Assembly: GCA_047602405.1 (NCBI GenBank)
Contig: JASGHJ010000001.1
Span: 416,001 to 480,000 of the forward strand
Source: Anaeromyxobacteraceae bacterium
Lineage (GTDB): Bacteria; Myxococcota; Myxococcia; Myxococcales; Anaeromyxobacteraceae
DNA: 64,000 bases
Direction of reading: 5' to 3'
Under the pieces are notes generated by a model, which saw only the letters and a list, made by a program, of their open reading frames with translations, had not been told where the DNA came from and did not search any database. Positions 40,740-50,956 of this stretch are shown in pieces. The position numbers were made by a program, and so were the translations under genes. How positions within the stretch are numbered: the first letter of the stretch is position 1; each line of letters starts with the position of its first letter.

Positions 40740-41161
40740 CCCTTCTCGACCCACCAGGTGACGACGTCGACGACGAGCCGGCCGGCCTTCACGGCGGGGT
40801 CCTGCTCCGCGAGCGCGCGCGCCTCGGCGACGTCGGCCACGCGGTAGATGCAGGCGCCGCGGACGGTCGGATCCTGCTGGTCGTCGAAGGGGCCGCAGAG
40901 CACGGCCTTCCCGGAGGCGCCCATCTTCTGGAGGTGGCCGATGTGCTGCTTCTGGAGCTCCTGGGTGGCCGGGGTGACCTCCGGTGTCCAGGCCGGCCCG
41001 CGCTTCAGGAGGACGAGCTGGAAGAACTCCATGTTGGGCGGGGCGCCCGGGATCCTGGGCCCCTTCGGCGCGGGCGGTGCGGGCGAGGCCGGCTTCGGGT
41101 CGTCGGCGAGGGCGAGCGGCGCGGCGAGGAGGAGCACGAGGGCTGCGAGGCGGGTGCGCAT
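40700..41161 (-). CDS. YciI family protein with signal peptide
   Basis: 'LQKQHIGHL', 'LCGPF', 'AEQDPAVKAGRL'. Confidence 0.8.
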   Translation of the reverse strand: MRTRLAALVLLLAAPLALADDPKPASPAPPAPKGPRIPGAPPNMEFFQLVLLKRGPAWTPEVTPATQELQKQHIGHLQKMGASGKAVLCGPFDDQQDPTVRGACIYRVADVAEARALAEQDPAVKAGRLVVDVVTWWVEKGYVAFPKAPPPSP

Positions 41162-41220
41162 GGCGAGGAGCATCGCACGGACTCGCGACGCGCGGAGGTG
41201 ACGCGGCGCGGCGCCTCACC

Positions 41221-42318
41221 TCACAGGGCCGCGTCCTCTCGCGGGGCGACCGCGGGCGCCCCCGCCGCGCGCCACCACGGCACGACCACCTCGACCCGCG
41301 CCGGCTCCACGGGCTGGCCGAGCATGGGCATCACGAGCTCGGCGCGCTGTGCCCCTGAACTGCTGCGGGGCGCGAGCTCGAGCAGCGTCTCTGCGGGATC
41401 GTCCCAGGCGTGCAGCGCGAGGTTGAAGGTGCCCCAGTGCACCGGCAGGAGCTTCCCGCCGCCGAGGAGCCGGAGCGCCTCGAGCGCGTTCGCCGGCCCG
41501 AGGTGGATCTGGCCCCACGCCTCGTGGAACGCGCCGACCTCGAGCATGACGAGGTCGAACGGGCCGAGCCGGGCGCGGATCTCCGCGTACTCGGGCGTGA
41601 GCCCGGTGTCGCCGCTGAAGAAGACGCGGCGGCGCGCGGTCTCGACGACGAACGACGACCAGAGCGTGCGGTTCCGGTCGCCGACGCCGCGCCCGGAGAA
41701 GTGCTGGGACGGCGCGGCGCGCAGGACGAGGTCCCCACCGCGCAGCGTGGCGGCCTCCCACCAGTCGAGCTCGACGATCCGCTCCGGCGGGACGCCCCAC
41801 GCCTCGAGGTGCGCACCCACGCCGAGCGAGGTCACGAACGGCGCGCGCGACGAGCGGGCGAGCGCCCGCACGGTCGGGAGGTCGAGGTGGTCGTAGTGGT
41901 CGTGCGAGACGACGATCGCGTCGAGGGGCGGGAGCGCCTCGAGCGGCACCGGCACGGGCTGGAACCGCCGCGGGCCGGCGAAGCGCCAGGGCGAGGCGCG
42001 GTCGCCCCAGACCGGGTCGGTGAGGACGCGCAGCCCGTCGAGCTCGAGCAGCACCGTGGAGTGGCCGAGCCAGGTCGCGCGCAGGCCGGTCTCGGCCGGG
42101 CGGGCCCAGCCCGGGCGCGGGTCGGTGGAGGGCAGCGGCTGCGGGGGCTTCCTGACCGTGTCGCCGAAGAACAGCTCGCCGAGGAGCGGCAGCGGGGAGC
42201 CCTTCAGCCCGGGCCCCACCGGCGCGGTGTTGCGGAAGGCGCCGTCGCGGAAGCGCGACGAGGCGCGCATCCGCTCGAGGCGGAGACCGTGAACCTTCCC
42301 TCCCAGGGCGGGCATCAT
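41221..42318 (-). CDS. MBL-fold metallo-hydrolase (RomA/NAPE-PLD-like)
   Basis: WLGHST, SHDHYDHLD, FSGDTG, PVHWGTF. Confidence 0.92.
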   Translation of the reverse strand: MMPALGGKVHGLRLERMRASSRFRDGAFRNTAPVGPGLKGSPLPLLGELFFGDTVRKPPQPLPSTDPRPGWARPAETGLRATWLGHSTVLLELDGLRVLTDPVWGDRASPWRFAGPRRFQPVPVPLEALPPLDAIVVSHDHYDHLDLPTVRALARSSRAPFVTSLGVGAHLEAWGVPPERIVELDWWEAATLRGGDLVLRAAPSQHFSGRGVGDRNRTLWSSFVVETARRRVFFSGDTGLTPEYAEIRARLGPFDLVMLEVGAFHEAWGQIHLGPANALEALRLLGGGKLLPVHWGTFNLALHAWDDPAETLLELAPRSSSGAQRAELVMPMLGQPVEPARVEVVVPWWRAAGAPAVAPREDAAL

Positions 42319-42371
42319 CCCGGGAACCTAACGCCCCGCGACGGGCGGCGCCGTCCCCGGGACGGGGCCCG

Positions 42372-44372
42372 CTAGGCCGCGGCCTTCGCCTTCCGGGTGG
42401 AGGCGATCCAGAGATACGCGCAGAGGCCCACGAACGCGAGCGTCGAGACGATCTGCGAGATCGCGTCGTCGTCGTAGAACGGGGTCTTCACCCAGCTCTC
42501 CTCGAAGCCGGGCACGAGCCGGAGCGCCGCGCCGAACACCCCGCCGAGCGCGCCGCCCGCCATGAGGCCGGAGGCGATGATGACGCCCTTCTCGCGCATC
42601 GACTGGCCGGCCTCGCCGCCGGCGCGGTCGGCCTTGCCCGTGATGAGGTGGTGGAAGACGCCGCCGACGAGGGCGGGGGTGTTGAGCTCGAGCGGGAGGT
42701 ACATGCCGAGCGCGAAGGTGAGCGCCGGGACCTTCAGCATCTCGAGCGCGACCGCGATGAACGCGCCGACCGCGAAGAGGAGGTAGGCGACGGGCTGCTG
42801 GCTCATGAAGCCCTCGACGAGCGCCTTCATGATGGACGCCTGCGGCGAGACGAGCACGGGCCTGAGGTCCCCCTCGACCGCCTCGCCGAACTGGAAGCTC
42901 ACGTTGAGGATGTGGATGGTGAGGCCGGCGGCGGCGGCGGCGACGAGCACGCCCAGGAACTTCCAGCGCTCCTGCTCGCGCGGCGTCGAGCCGAGCCAGT
43001 AGCCGGTCTTGAGATCGGTGATCGCCTGGCCGGAGACCGAGAGCGCGGTGCAGACCATGCCCGCCATGGCCATCACGAAGAACATGCCGGTGCGGCCGGA
43101 GAGGCCGAACTGCAGGAGCACCACCGACGAGATGATGATGGTCAGCATCGTCATGCCCGACACCGGGTTGCGGGCGGTGGTGGCGATGGCGTTCGCGGCG
43201 ACGGTCGTGAAGAAGAAGGAGAAGACGATGGTGAGGAGGAGCCCGATGACGAGCGTCGTCACGGAGCCGTCGAGCGTGCCGAGGAAGATGGCGACCCCGA
43301 GCGTCGAGACGACGACGCCGACGAGGATGGTCATCACCGAGATGTCGCGGTCGGTGCGCTCGAGGTGCGCCTCGCCGCCGGAGCGGAAGGCCTTCACCGC
43401 GATGCCGAAGGAGGAGGCGATGACCTTGAGCGACTTCAGGATGCCGAAGATGCCGGCGGTGGCGATGGCGCCGACGCCGATGAACCGGACGTAGCCGCGG
43501 AAGATCTGGTTCGCGGTCATGCCCGAGATCGGCGCGGTCGCGGGGTAGACCGCCTCGGGGACGTGCTGGCCGACGTACCAGATGATCGGCACGAGCACGA
43601 GGTTCGAGAGCACGCCGCCCGCGACGAGGATCATCGACGAGCGCAGGCCCATCACGTAGCCGAGGCCGAGGATGAAGCCGATGGCGTCGAAGCTGAGCGC
43701 CATCTTGGCCTTCTTCGCGAGCCCGTCCACGGCCGGCACGAAGCGGAAGTCGACGAACTCCTTCCAGACCTGGAAGGTCGTGACGAAGAAGTCGTAGACC
43801 GCGGCGATGCCGGTCGCCTGGAGGAGCAGCTTCGCCTGCGAGCCGCCCTTCTCGCCGGTGACGAGCACCTCGGTGATGGCGGTCGCCTCGGGGAACGGGA
43901 ACTCCCCGTGCGTCTCGCGCACGAAGTACCGGCGCAGCGGGATGAGGAACAGGATGCCGAGCGCGCCGCCGGCGAGGCAGATGAAGATGGTCTGCCAGGG
44001 GTGCGGGTCGAGCTTCAGGATGTACAGGGCGGGGAGCGTGAAGATGGCGCCCGCCACCACCGCGCCGGACATGCCGCCGATGCCGGTGATGATGACGTTC
44101 TCGACGATGGAGGAGCGCCGGGCGTAGACGCGGGCGAGGCCGATCGCGAGGATCGAGATCGGGATCGCCGCCTCCATCACCTGGCCGACCTTGAGGCCGG
44201 AGTAGGCCGAGGCGATCGTGAAGATCACGGTCAGGAAGACGCCCCACCCGATGGCCCGCGGCGTCGCCTCGGGCAGCGTGGCGCTCGCCGGCACGTAAGG
44301 CGCGTAGGTCTCGCCGGGCTTGAGCGGCCGGTAGGCGTTCTCGGGCAGCGACTTCGTGGCCGACTCGTCCAT
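42372..44372 (-). CDS. OPT family oligopeptide transporter
   Basis: 'YSGLKVGQ..EAAIPISIL', 'FPFPEATA', 'NPVSGMT', 'DLKTGYWLGSTP', many TM helices. Confidence 0.95.
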   Translation of the reverse strand: MDESATKSLPENAYRPLKPGETYAPYVPASATLPEATPRAIGWGVFLTVIFTIASAYSGLKVGQVMEAAIPISILAIGLARVYARRSSIVENVIITGIGGMSGAVVAGAIFTLPALYILKLDPHPWQTIFICLAGGALGILFLIPLRRYFVRETHGEFPFPEATAITEVLVTGEKGGSQAKLLLQATGIAAVYDFFVTTFQVWKEFVDFRFVPAVDGLAKKAKMALSFDAIGFILGLGYVMGLRSSMILVAGGVLSNLVLVPIIWYVGQHVPEAVYPATAPISGMTANQIFRGYVRFIGVGAIATAGIFGILKSLKVIASSFGIAVKAFRSGGEAHLERTDRDISVMTILVGVVVSTLGVAIFLGTLDGSVTTLVIGLLLTIVFSFFFTTVAANAIATTARNPVSGMTMLTIIISSVVLLQFGLSGRTGMFFVMAMAGMVCTALSVSGQAITDLKTGYWLGSTPREQERWKFLGVLVAAAAAGLTIHILNVSFQFGEAVEGDLRPVLVSPQASIMKALVEGFMSQQPVAYLLFAVGAFIAVALEMLKVPALTFALGMYLPLELNTPALVGGVFHHLITGKADRAGGEAGQSMREKGVIIASGLMAGGALGGVFGAALRLVPGFEESWVKTPFYDDDAISQIVSTLAFVGLCAYLWIASTRKAKAAA

Positions 44373-44463
44373 GGGCTGGCTTCCCTTCCGGGGTGCTGGG
44401 GAACTCGGGCGCGCAGTCTAGCCGCGGTGTAGGTTCAGCCCCAACGAAAAGGAGCCCGACACC

Positions 44464-45807
44464 ATGGCGCAGGAAGCCAAGCTCTCCCAGGTCACCGCCA
44501 CCGCCGTCCTCGGCATCGACACCCTGTGGGGCGGCGACGTCATGAATCCCTCCGGGACCGGCCGCTACATCGCGGACTCCTGGTACTCCGACGAGCCGCT
44601 CCCCGTCGCCTACACCCACCCCGCGGCCGTCCGGCTGCGCGAGACCGGCGGCGTCTCGGCGAAGCAGCCCGACGCGGCGGCCATCGACGCGTACCTCGCG
44701 GCGGTCGACGTGCGCGGCGCGATCGCGGAGCTGACCCAGGCCGGGAAGAGCATGGGCGGCCTGCGCGGCGCCTACCTCCAGGCCCAGGGCGAGAGCCTGG
44801 GGGTCATCTTCGAGCTCGTGCTCGAGCTCCTGCACCGCGGCCCCGAGGTGCCCTACGAGTGCGCCGTGATGGCCTGCACCGGCACGCCGCCGGAGCCGTC
44901 CGATCCGAAGGAGAAGCGGGAGCTGTTGCGCGCGCTCCTCGCGAAGGCCGGGTACGAGACCGGCACGCCCGCGAAGCTGCTCGCCGCGGTGGACGCGTGG
45001 CGGAAGGACCGCCTCGTCCCGCGGAAGTCGATCCCGCAGCTCGCCGACGCGTACATCGCGCTCCTCGAGGAGGGGACGCGCAAGCACGTCGTGCCGTACC
45101 TCCCCGCCTCGCTCCACCACGTCCCCCGCGCCAACATCCAGTTCCTCCCCATCGAGAACGCCTGGTTCTCGGGCTCGATGAACTACGTGGGCCGCGCCCG
45201 GAACCCGGACGGCTCGCCGAGGTACGAGGCGACCTACGAGCTCAACGCCGCGCTCGAGATCTCGGTGCCGGAGTTCGCGCAGCTCGTGTCGCACGAGGTC
45301 GTGCCCGGCCACGTCACGAACTTCGCGCTCGCGCAGGGGCTCTACGTGCAGGGCAAGCTCGGCTTCGAGGGGACCGTGCTCACGATGAGCACGCGCGGGG
45401 CCGCGCTCTCGGAGGGGCTCGCCAACAACGCGATGCTGATGGCGATGGGCGTGAAGGAGGTCCACGAGCTCGGCGACCCGGATCTCCAGGCCGGGATGAT
45501 CCTCGCGCTCCTGCAGGACGACGCGAAGAACCAGTCGTCGTGGCTGACCTGGCGCGAGAAGCGCCCGCAGGGCGAGGTCGCGGCCGTGCTCCGGAACGAG
45601 TACCTGTGCTCCGAGGAGCGGGCCGACAAGCTCTCCGGCGCCTGGGGCCGGCACCCCTTGAACGGCCGCATGTACCTGCCCGCCTACCGCGCAGGCACCG
45701 AGAAGGTGGCCGCCCTCCGCCGGAAGTACCCTGCGGAGAAGGTGATCCCGGCGCTCTACAACGTGCTCGGCCTGGTCGACGTGGTGACGATCGAGCGGGT
45801 TCTCTAG
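44464..45807 (+). CDS. putative zincin metallopeptidase (DUF885-like HExxPGH)
   Basis: SHEVVPGH followed by 'LSEGLA' and a later 'YLPAY'; AAGGAG RBS; no signal peptide. Confidence 0.6.
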   Translation: MAQEAKLSQVTATAVLGIDTLWGGDVMNPSGTGRYIADSWYSDEPLPVAYTHPAAVRLRETGGVSAKQPDAAAIDAYLAAVDVRGAIAELTQAGKSMGGLRGAYLQAQGESLGVIFELVLELLHRGPEVPYECAVMACTGTPPEPSDPKEKRELLRALLAKAGYETGTPAKLLAAVDAWRKDRLVPRKSIPQLADAYIALLEEGTRKHVVPYLPASLHHVPRANIQFLPIENAWFSGSMNYVGRARNPDGSPRYEATYELNAALEISVPEFAQLVSHEVVPGHVTNFALAQGLYVQGKLGFEGTVLTMSTRGAALSEGLANNAMLMAMGVKEVHELGDPDLQAGMILALLQDDAKNQSSWLTWREKRPQGEVAAVLRNEYLCSEERADKLSGAWGRHPLNGRMYLPAYRAGTEKVAALRRKYPAEKVIPALYNVLGLVDVVTIERVL

Positions 45808-45880
45808 AGCCCCTGCGCGGTTCGGCCGCGCCCCGGATCGGGGTCTTCTCTTGCTGGATGGGCAGCGGGACCCTCTCCTC

Positions 45881-46240
45881 ATGGCCCCCGTCCTCCGTGC
45901 GCTCGTCGCCGCCCTGGTGCTCCTCCCGGTGAGCGCGGCCGCCCAGGCGGCCGCGACCCGGGCCCCGCGTCCCTCCCACCTCGAGCTCCAGGCGCCCTCG
46001 GTGCCGGTGGTGCCCACCGAGCGCCCCGCGGACGCGGCGGGCGACGCCGCCGCCGCCGAGGCGGTGTCGCGCCGCTTCGATCCGACGGGCGAGGACGGCG
46101 CGATCGCGACGGCGCCGGTCGCCGCGCGCGGTCCGGTGGTGGTGATCGTGTTCCGGCCGGCGCGCATCGAGGGCGAGACGCGGAACGCGCCGCCCGCGCA
46201 GCCGGTGTTCGTGGGCCTCACCGTGACCGCGGGGAAGTGA
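45881..46240 (+). CDS. hypothetical secreted protein
   Basis: Signal peptide MAPVLRALVAALVLLPVSAAA. Confidence 0.5.
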   Translation: MAPVLRALVAALVLLPVSAAAQAAATRAPRPSHLELQAPSVPVVPTERPADAAGDAAAAEAVSRRFDPTGEDGAIATAPVAARGPVVVIVFRPARIEGETRNAPPAQPVFVGLTVTAGK

Positions 46241-46261
46241 CCGGCGCCCCGCGGCACCCGG

Positions 46262-46747
46262 TCAGCGCGCCACCGCCGGCTCGACCGGACACCGGCGCCA
46301 GGTGAAGCGCTGCTCCTTCTTCCCGTCGGCGCCCGCGTCGACGCTGGCGGTGAGCCTGTCCTCGTCCACGCGCTCGTAGCGGATGCGCTTCGGGAAGTCG
46401 TGGGCCGGGTTCGCGAACAGCACGAAGCGCGGCCCGTGCGACGCGAGCAGGAAGCGCACCGGCGGGCGGCCCTGGGGCTGCGCGACGTAGGCGGTCCTGC
46501 CCGGCGCGAGCTCGATGCGCAGGAACTCGAAGGAGGTCGGGCGCCCGGGCCGGACGTCGCGGTGCATGCCCAGGAGGAGCGCGCCGCGCGGCGCGAGCCA
46601 CACCTCCTCCTCGGTCGCGCCGTCCGAGCCGCCGCACCAGCTCCCCTGCATGAAGGAGAGGTCCGGGACCTCCGGCGCAGGGACCTTCGGGGCCTCGCCC
46701 ATGGCGAGGAGCGTCACGCCCACGATCCAGGTGGTGGAGAGGGCCAT
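46262..46747 (-). CDS. DUF6265-like protein
   Basis: 'LSFMQGSW', 'EEVWLAP', 'FEFLRI', 'FANPAHDFPKRIRY'. Confidence 0.7.
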   Translation of the reverse strand: MALSTTWIVGVTLLAMGEAPKVPAPEVPDLSFMQGSWCGGSDGATEEEVWLAPRGALLLGMHRDVRPGRPTSFEFLRIELAPGRTAYVAQPQGRPPVRFLLASHGPRFVLFANPAHDFPKRIRYERVDEDRLTASVDAGADGKKEQRFTWRRCPVEPAVAR

Positions 46748-46757
46748 CCCCTTCTTC

Positions 46758-48846
46758 TTAGGCGGCCGGGTCCTTCGCCGCCCGCTTCGACGCGACGTAC
46801 ACGAACGCGGAGAGCGCCGCGAACGCGAGGAGGCCGGTCCAGTTGCCCCAGGCCTCGAGCGTCTGGCCGAGGCCGCCGCCCTCGACACCGCCGCCGAGCT
46901 TCGTGAGGTCCGGCGTGAGGACGTGCCCGGTCTTGTCCTCGAGGAACTTGAGGAGGGCCGCGAAGACGCCGACGAGCGCGCCGCCGGCGATGAAGCCGGA
47001 CGCGATGAGCGTGCCGCGCTCGTGGCGCGCGGCGCCGACCTTCTCGTCCTTCGAGGAGCGCTTCACGAGCCACGCCACGCCGGCGCCGACCACGAGCGGC
47101 GAGTTGAGGTCCATCGGCAGGTACATGCCGAGCGCGAGCGCGAGGCCGGAGACGCCGCAGAGCTCGGCGGCGACCGCGAACACCGCGCCGATGGCGTAGA
47201 GGAACCAGGGCGCGCCGCCCGAGCCCATCACGCCGGTGAGCACGGCCGCCATGGCGTTCGGCTGCGGGGCGGGCATCACCGACCCGGGGCCGAAGCCGTA
47301 CACCTTCGCCATGAGGTAGATGACCGCGGTCGTCGCGGCGGAGGCGATGACCGAGCCCACGAGGTTGCCGAGCTCGAATCCGGCGCGGCGTCGCGCCGAG
47401 CCAGTAGCCGATCTTGTACTGGGTGACGAGCGAGCCCGACATCGAGAGCGCCGTGCAGACGACGCCGCCGATGAGGAGCGTCTGGAGCATGCCGCTCTCG
47501 CCCTTGAGGCCGAGCGACGAGAGCACGACCGCGGTGATGATGAGGGTCGTGAGCGTCATGCCCGAGATGGGCGTGATGGAGATCATCGCGATGGCCCAGG
47601 CCGAGACCGCCGCGAACAGGAACGAGACGCCGAGGGTGAGGCCGGTCGAGAGGAGCGCGAGGCTCGTCGCCCGCTCCTCGCCCGCGAGCACCGAGAAGCG
47701 GAAGTAGAGGAAGACGACGACGCCGGTGCCGAGGATGCCGAGGAGCACGCTCGACATGTTGAGCGAGCGGTCGGTGCGCTCGCTCGAGGTCACGATCCCG
47801 CCCTTCGCGAGCCGCGCGACCTCGCCCACCGCGAGCCGCACCGCCTGCACGATGACCGGCGACATCTTGAGGATCGAGATGATGCCGGCCGCGAAGATGC
47901 CGCCGATGCCGATGGGGCGCGCGTAGGTCGTGAAGAGCGCGGCCGCGTCCATCTTCGAGATGAGCTCGGTGCCCGGCGGGATGACGGTCGCGATGTGCGG
48001 CCCGAGCCAGGCGAAGAGCGGGATCAGGACGAAGTAGGAGAGGAAGGAGCCGGCGAGGATGATGGCCGCGTAGTCGACGCCCATGATGTAGCCGAGGCCG
48101 AAGATGGCCGCGGTCGTGTTCATGGTGAAGACCGCCTTCACCTTGTCGGTGAAGCCCTGGAGCGCGCCGATGGCGGCGGTGGAGAAGGTGTCCGACCAGG
48201 CCCGCATCGACGGGCCCACGAAGTCGAACACCGCCGCGAGGCCGGCGGACCAGGCGAGCACCGTCGCGCTCTCGCCGCCCTTGTTGCCGGCGACGAGGAT
48301 CTCGGTCGTGGCGCGGCCCTCCGGGAACGGGAGCTTCCCGTGGAGGTCGTGCGTGAAGTAGCGGCGGAAGGGCGCGAGCAGGAACACGCCGAGGACCGCG
48401 CCGAGGAGCGGGACGAGGAAGATCTGCCAGGGCGAGGACCGCCCCTCGAGGCCGAGGATGAAGACCGCCGGCATCGTGAAGACCGAGCCGCCGGCGACGA
48501 TGCCGGAGGTGGCGCCGATGGCGAGCACGTTCACGTTCTCGAGCATCGTGGAGGCCCGGCGGGCCATCGTGCGGGCGATGACCGCCGAGAGGCCGACCGC
48601 GAGGATCGAGATGGGGATCGCCGACTCGATGCCCTGCCCGAGCTTCAGCGCGATGTAGGTCGCCGCGGCGGAGAACACGACCGACCAGAGGACGCCCTGG
48701 GCGATCGAGCGGAGCGTCACCTCCGGCGGCGCCGCGGTCGCCGGCACCGCCGGCTGGTACGTCTCGCCGGGCGCGAGCTCCCGGAAGGCGTTCTCGGGGA
48801 GCCCCTCGGGCGGAGCGGGGGGCGCGGCGGTCTCGGGCTGGGTCAT
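46758..48846 (-). CDS. second OPT family oligopeptide transporter, +1 frameshift at ~47377 (artefact or pseudogene)
   Basis: Frame 1 up to ...YWLGATPRRI; continues as ELGNLVGSVIAS... in the frame ending at 46758; paralog of 42372-44372. Confidence 0.85.
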
Positions 48847-48947
48847 GCGGGGCGGCAAGATAGCCCGAAGGTCCGGTGGCCGGTACATGGTCGCCGTCCC
48901 GCGTGGCCGCTTGCCGTGCGGACTGCACGCCTGTATAGGCTCGTTCC

Positions 48948-50145
48948 GTGGATTCCCTCTCGCGCTCCGAGGCCCGCAGGCTCGCGCTCGCCGCCCAGGG
49001 CCTCGCCGCCCGCGCCGCACCGCGTCGCGTCAACGTCGGCGACGTGGCCGGCGTCGTCCGCGCGCTCGGCCTCGTGCAGATCGACTCGATCCAGCGGGTC
49101 GCGCGGAGCCACTACCTCCCGATCTTCTCGCGCCTCGGGCCCTACGACCGCGCGCTCCTCGACCGGGCCGCCTCCGAGGCGCCCCGGCGGATCGTGGAGT
49201 CGTGGGCGCACGTGGCCTCCTTCATCCCCGTGGAGCTGCACCCGCTGCTGCGCTGGCGCGGCGAGAACTGGGAGCGCGAGGCCTGGGGCGGGTCGCTGCG
49301 GCTCGCGAAGAAGCGGCCGGGCTTCGTCGAGGAGGTGCACGCGCTCGTCGCGAAGCACGGCCCGGTGACCGCGCGCGAGCTCGAGAAGCTCGTCGAGGGC
49401 GGCGCCCGGCGCGGGAAGGAAGGACTGGGGCTGGAACTGGTCGGACGCGAAGCGCGCGGTGGCGATCCTGTTCTGGTCGGGCCGGGTGGTCTCGGCAGGG
49501 CGCACCACGCAGTTCGAGCAGCGCTACGACCTCGTCGAGCGCGTCGTCCCGTCCGAGCACCACCCCGCCGCGCCCCCGCCGCGCCAGGAGGCGATCCGCG
49601 CGCTCGTCGCGCGCTCGGCCCGGGCGCTCGGCGTCGCGACCGCCGGGTGCCTGCGCGACTACTACCGGCTCCCGCTCGCGGACCTCCGGGCGGCGATCCC
49701 CGCCCTCGAGGAGGCCGGCGTGCTCGTGCCGGTGAAGGTCGAGGGGCTCGCGAAGCCGGCCTGGCGCCACCGGGACGCGCGGCTGCCCCGCGCCGCGACC
49801 GGCCGCGCGCTCCTCTCCCCCTTCGACTCGCTCGTCTTCGAGCGCAAGCGCACCGAGGCCTTCTTCGACTTCCGCTTCCGCCTCGAGGTCTACACGCCGG
49901 CGAGGAAGCGCGAGCACGGGTACTACGTGCTGCCGTTCCTGCTCGGCGACCGGCTCGTGGCCCGGGTGGACCTCGAGGCCGATCGCGCGGCGTCGCGCCT
50001 GAGGGTCCACGCCGCGTTCCTCGAGCCGGGCGCGCCGCGGGAGACCGCGGGCGAGCTCGGGGAGGCGCTCGGCGAGCTCGCCGGATGGCTCGGGCTCGAG
50101 CATGTGGCCGTGGGACGCAGGGCCGCCGCCGGCCTCGCGCGCTAG
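48948..50145 (+). CDS. YcaQ/AlkZ-like crosslink-repair DNA glycosylase (HTH_42), +1 frameshift at ~49420
   Basis: 'LVQIDSI..VARSHY', 'LLSPFDSLVFER', 'LEVYTPARKREHGYYVLPFL'; the frames join as ...GK(E)DWGWNWSDAKRAV. Confidence 0.85.
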
Positions 50146-50155
50146 GCTCGCGCCC

Positions 50156-50794
50156 ATGAGGGAGGACCCGGGGCGAGGCTACTGGGAGCGGAACGCGACG
50201 CGCTACGACCGCTCGATGGTGCTCCTCGGCGGCCCGATGCCTCGAACGCTCGAGCTCGTGGCGGAGGCGGTGCGGGGGGCCGGCGAGGTCCTCGAGGTCG
50301 CGGCCGGCACGGGGCTCGTCACCGAGGTCATCGCGCGCTGCACCGCCCACGTCACCGCCACGGACTACGCGCCGGCGATGGTGGAGCAGCTGCGGCGGCG
50401 TGTCGAGGCGGGTCGGCTCACGAACGTCAGCTGCCGCGTCGCTGACCTGTACGCGCTGGATCTCACGCCCGGCTCGGTCGACGCGGTCGTGGCCGCGAAC
50501 GTGCTTCACCTCGTCCCGGACCTCGATGGCGCGCTCGCCGCGCTGGCACGGGTGCTCCGGCCGGGCGGACTCCTCGTCGCGCCGACCTACGCCCACGACG
50601 AGACGCTCGGGGCCCGGGTCGTCTCGAGGGTCCTCGGCGCGCTCGCCGGCTTCCCCGGCCAGCGGCGCTTCACGCGCGCGACGCTCGCGGCAGCCCTGGA
50701 GCGGGCCGGCTTCTCCGTCGAGCGGCTCGAGGTCGTGCCGGGGTTGATCCCGATCGTGTTCGCGGCCGGGCGAAAGGCCGCGCACGAGCGGTGA
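50156..50794 (+). CDS. class I SAM-dependent methyltransferase
   Basis: VLEVAAGTG motif I, 'TDYAPAM', 'LARVLRPGG'. Confidence 0.9.
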   Translation: MREDPGRGYWERNATRYDRSMVLLGGPMPRTLELVAEAVRGAGEVLEVAAGTGLVTEVIARCTAHVTATDYAPAMVEQLRRRVEAGRLTNVSCRVADLYALDLTPGSVDAVVAANVLHLVPDLDGALAALARVLRPGGLLVAPTYAHDETLGARVVSRVLGALAGFPGQRRFTRATLAAALERAGFSVERLEVVPGLIPIVFAAGRKAAHER

Positions 50795-50956
50795 GCGATC
50801 ATCGTCCGCCTACCCGCCCCCAGCGCGAGCACGTGCCACGCCCCGAAAGTTACGCCACTGGTGGAGGGGCTCACGGATTCCGGGTTCACTCCTCGGCAGG
50901 AGCGCGGTCGCGACGGCCTCCTCCTCCGTGCTTCCGCGACGGTCGACCTCCCGCCG

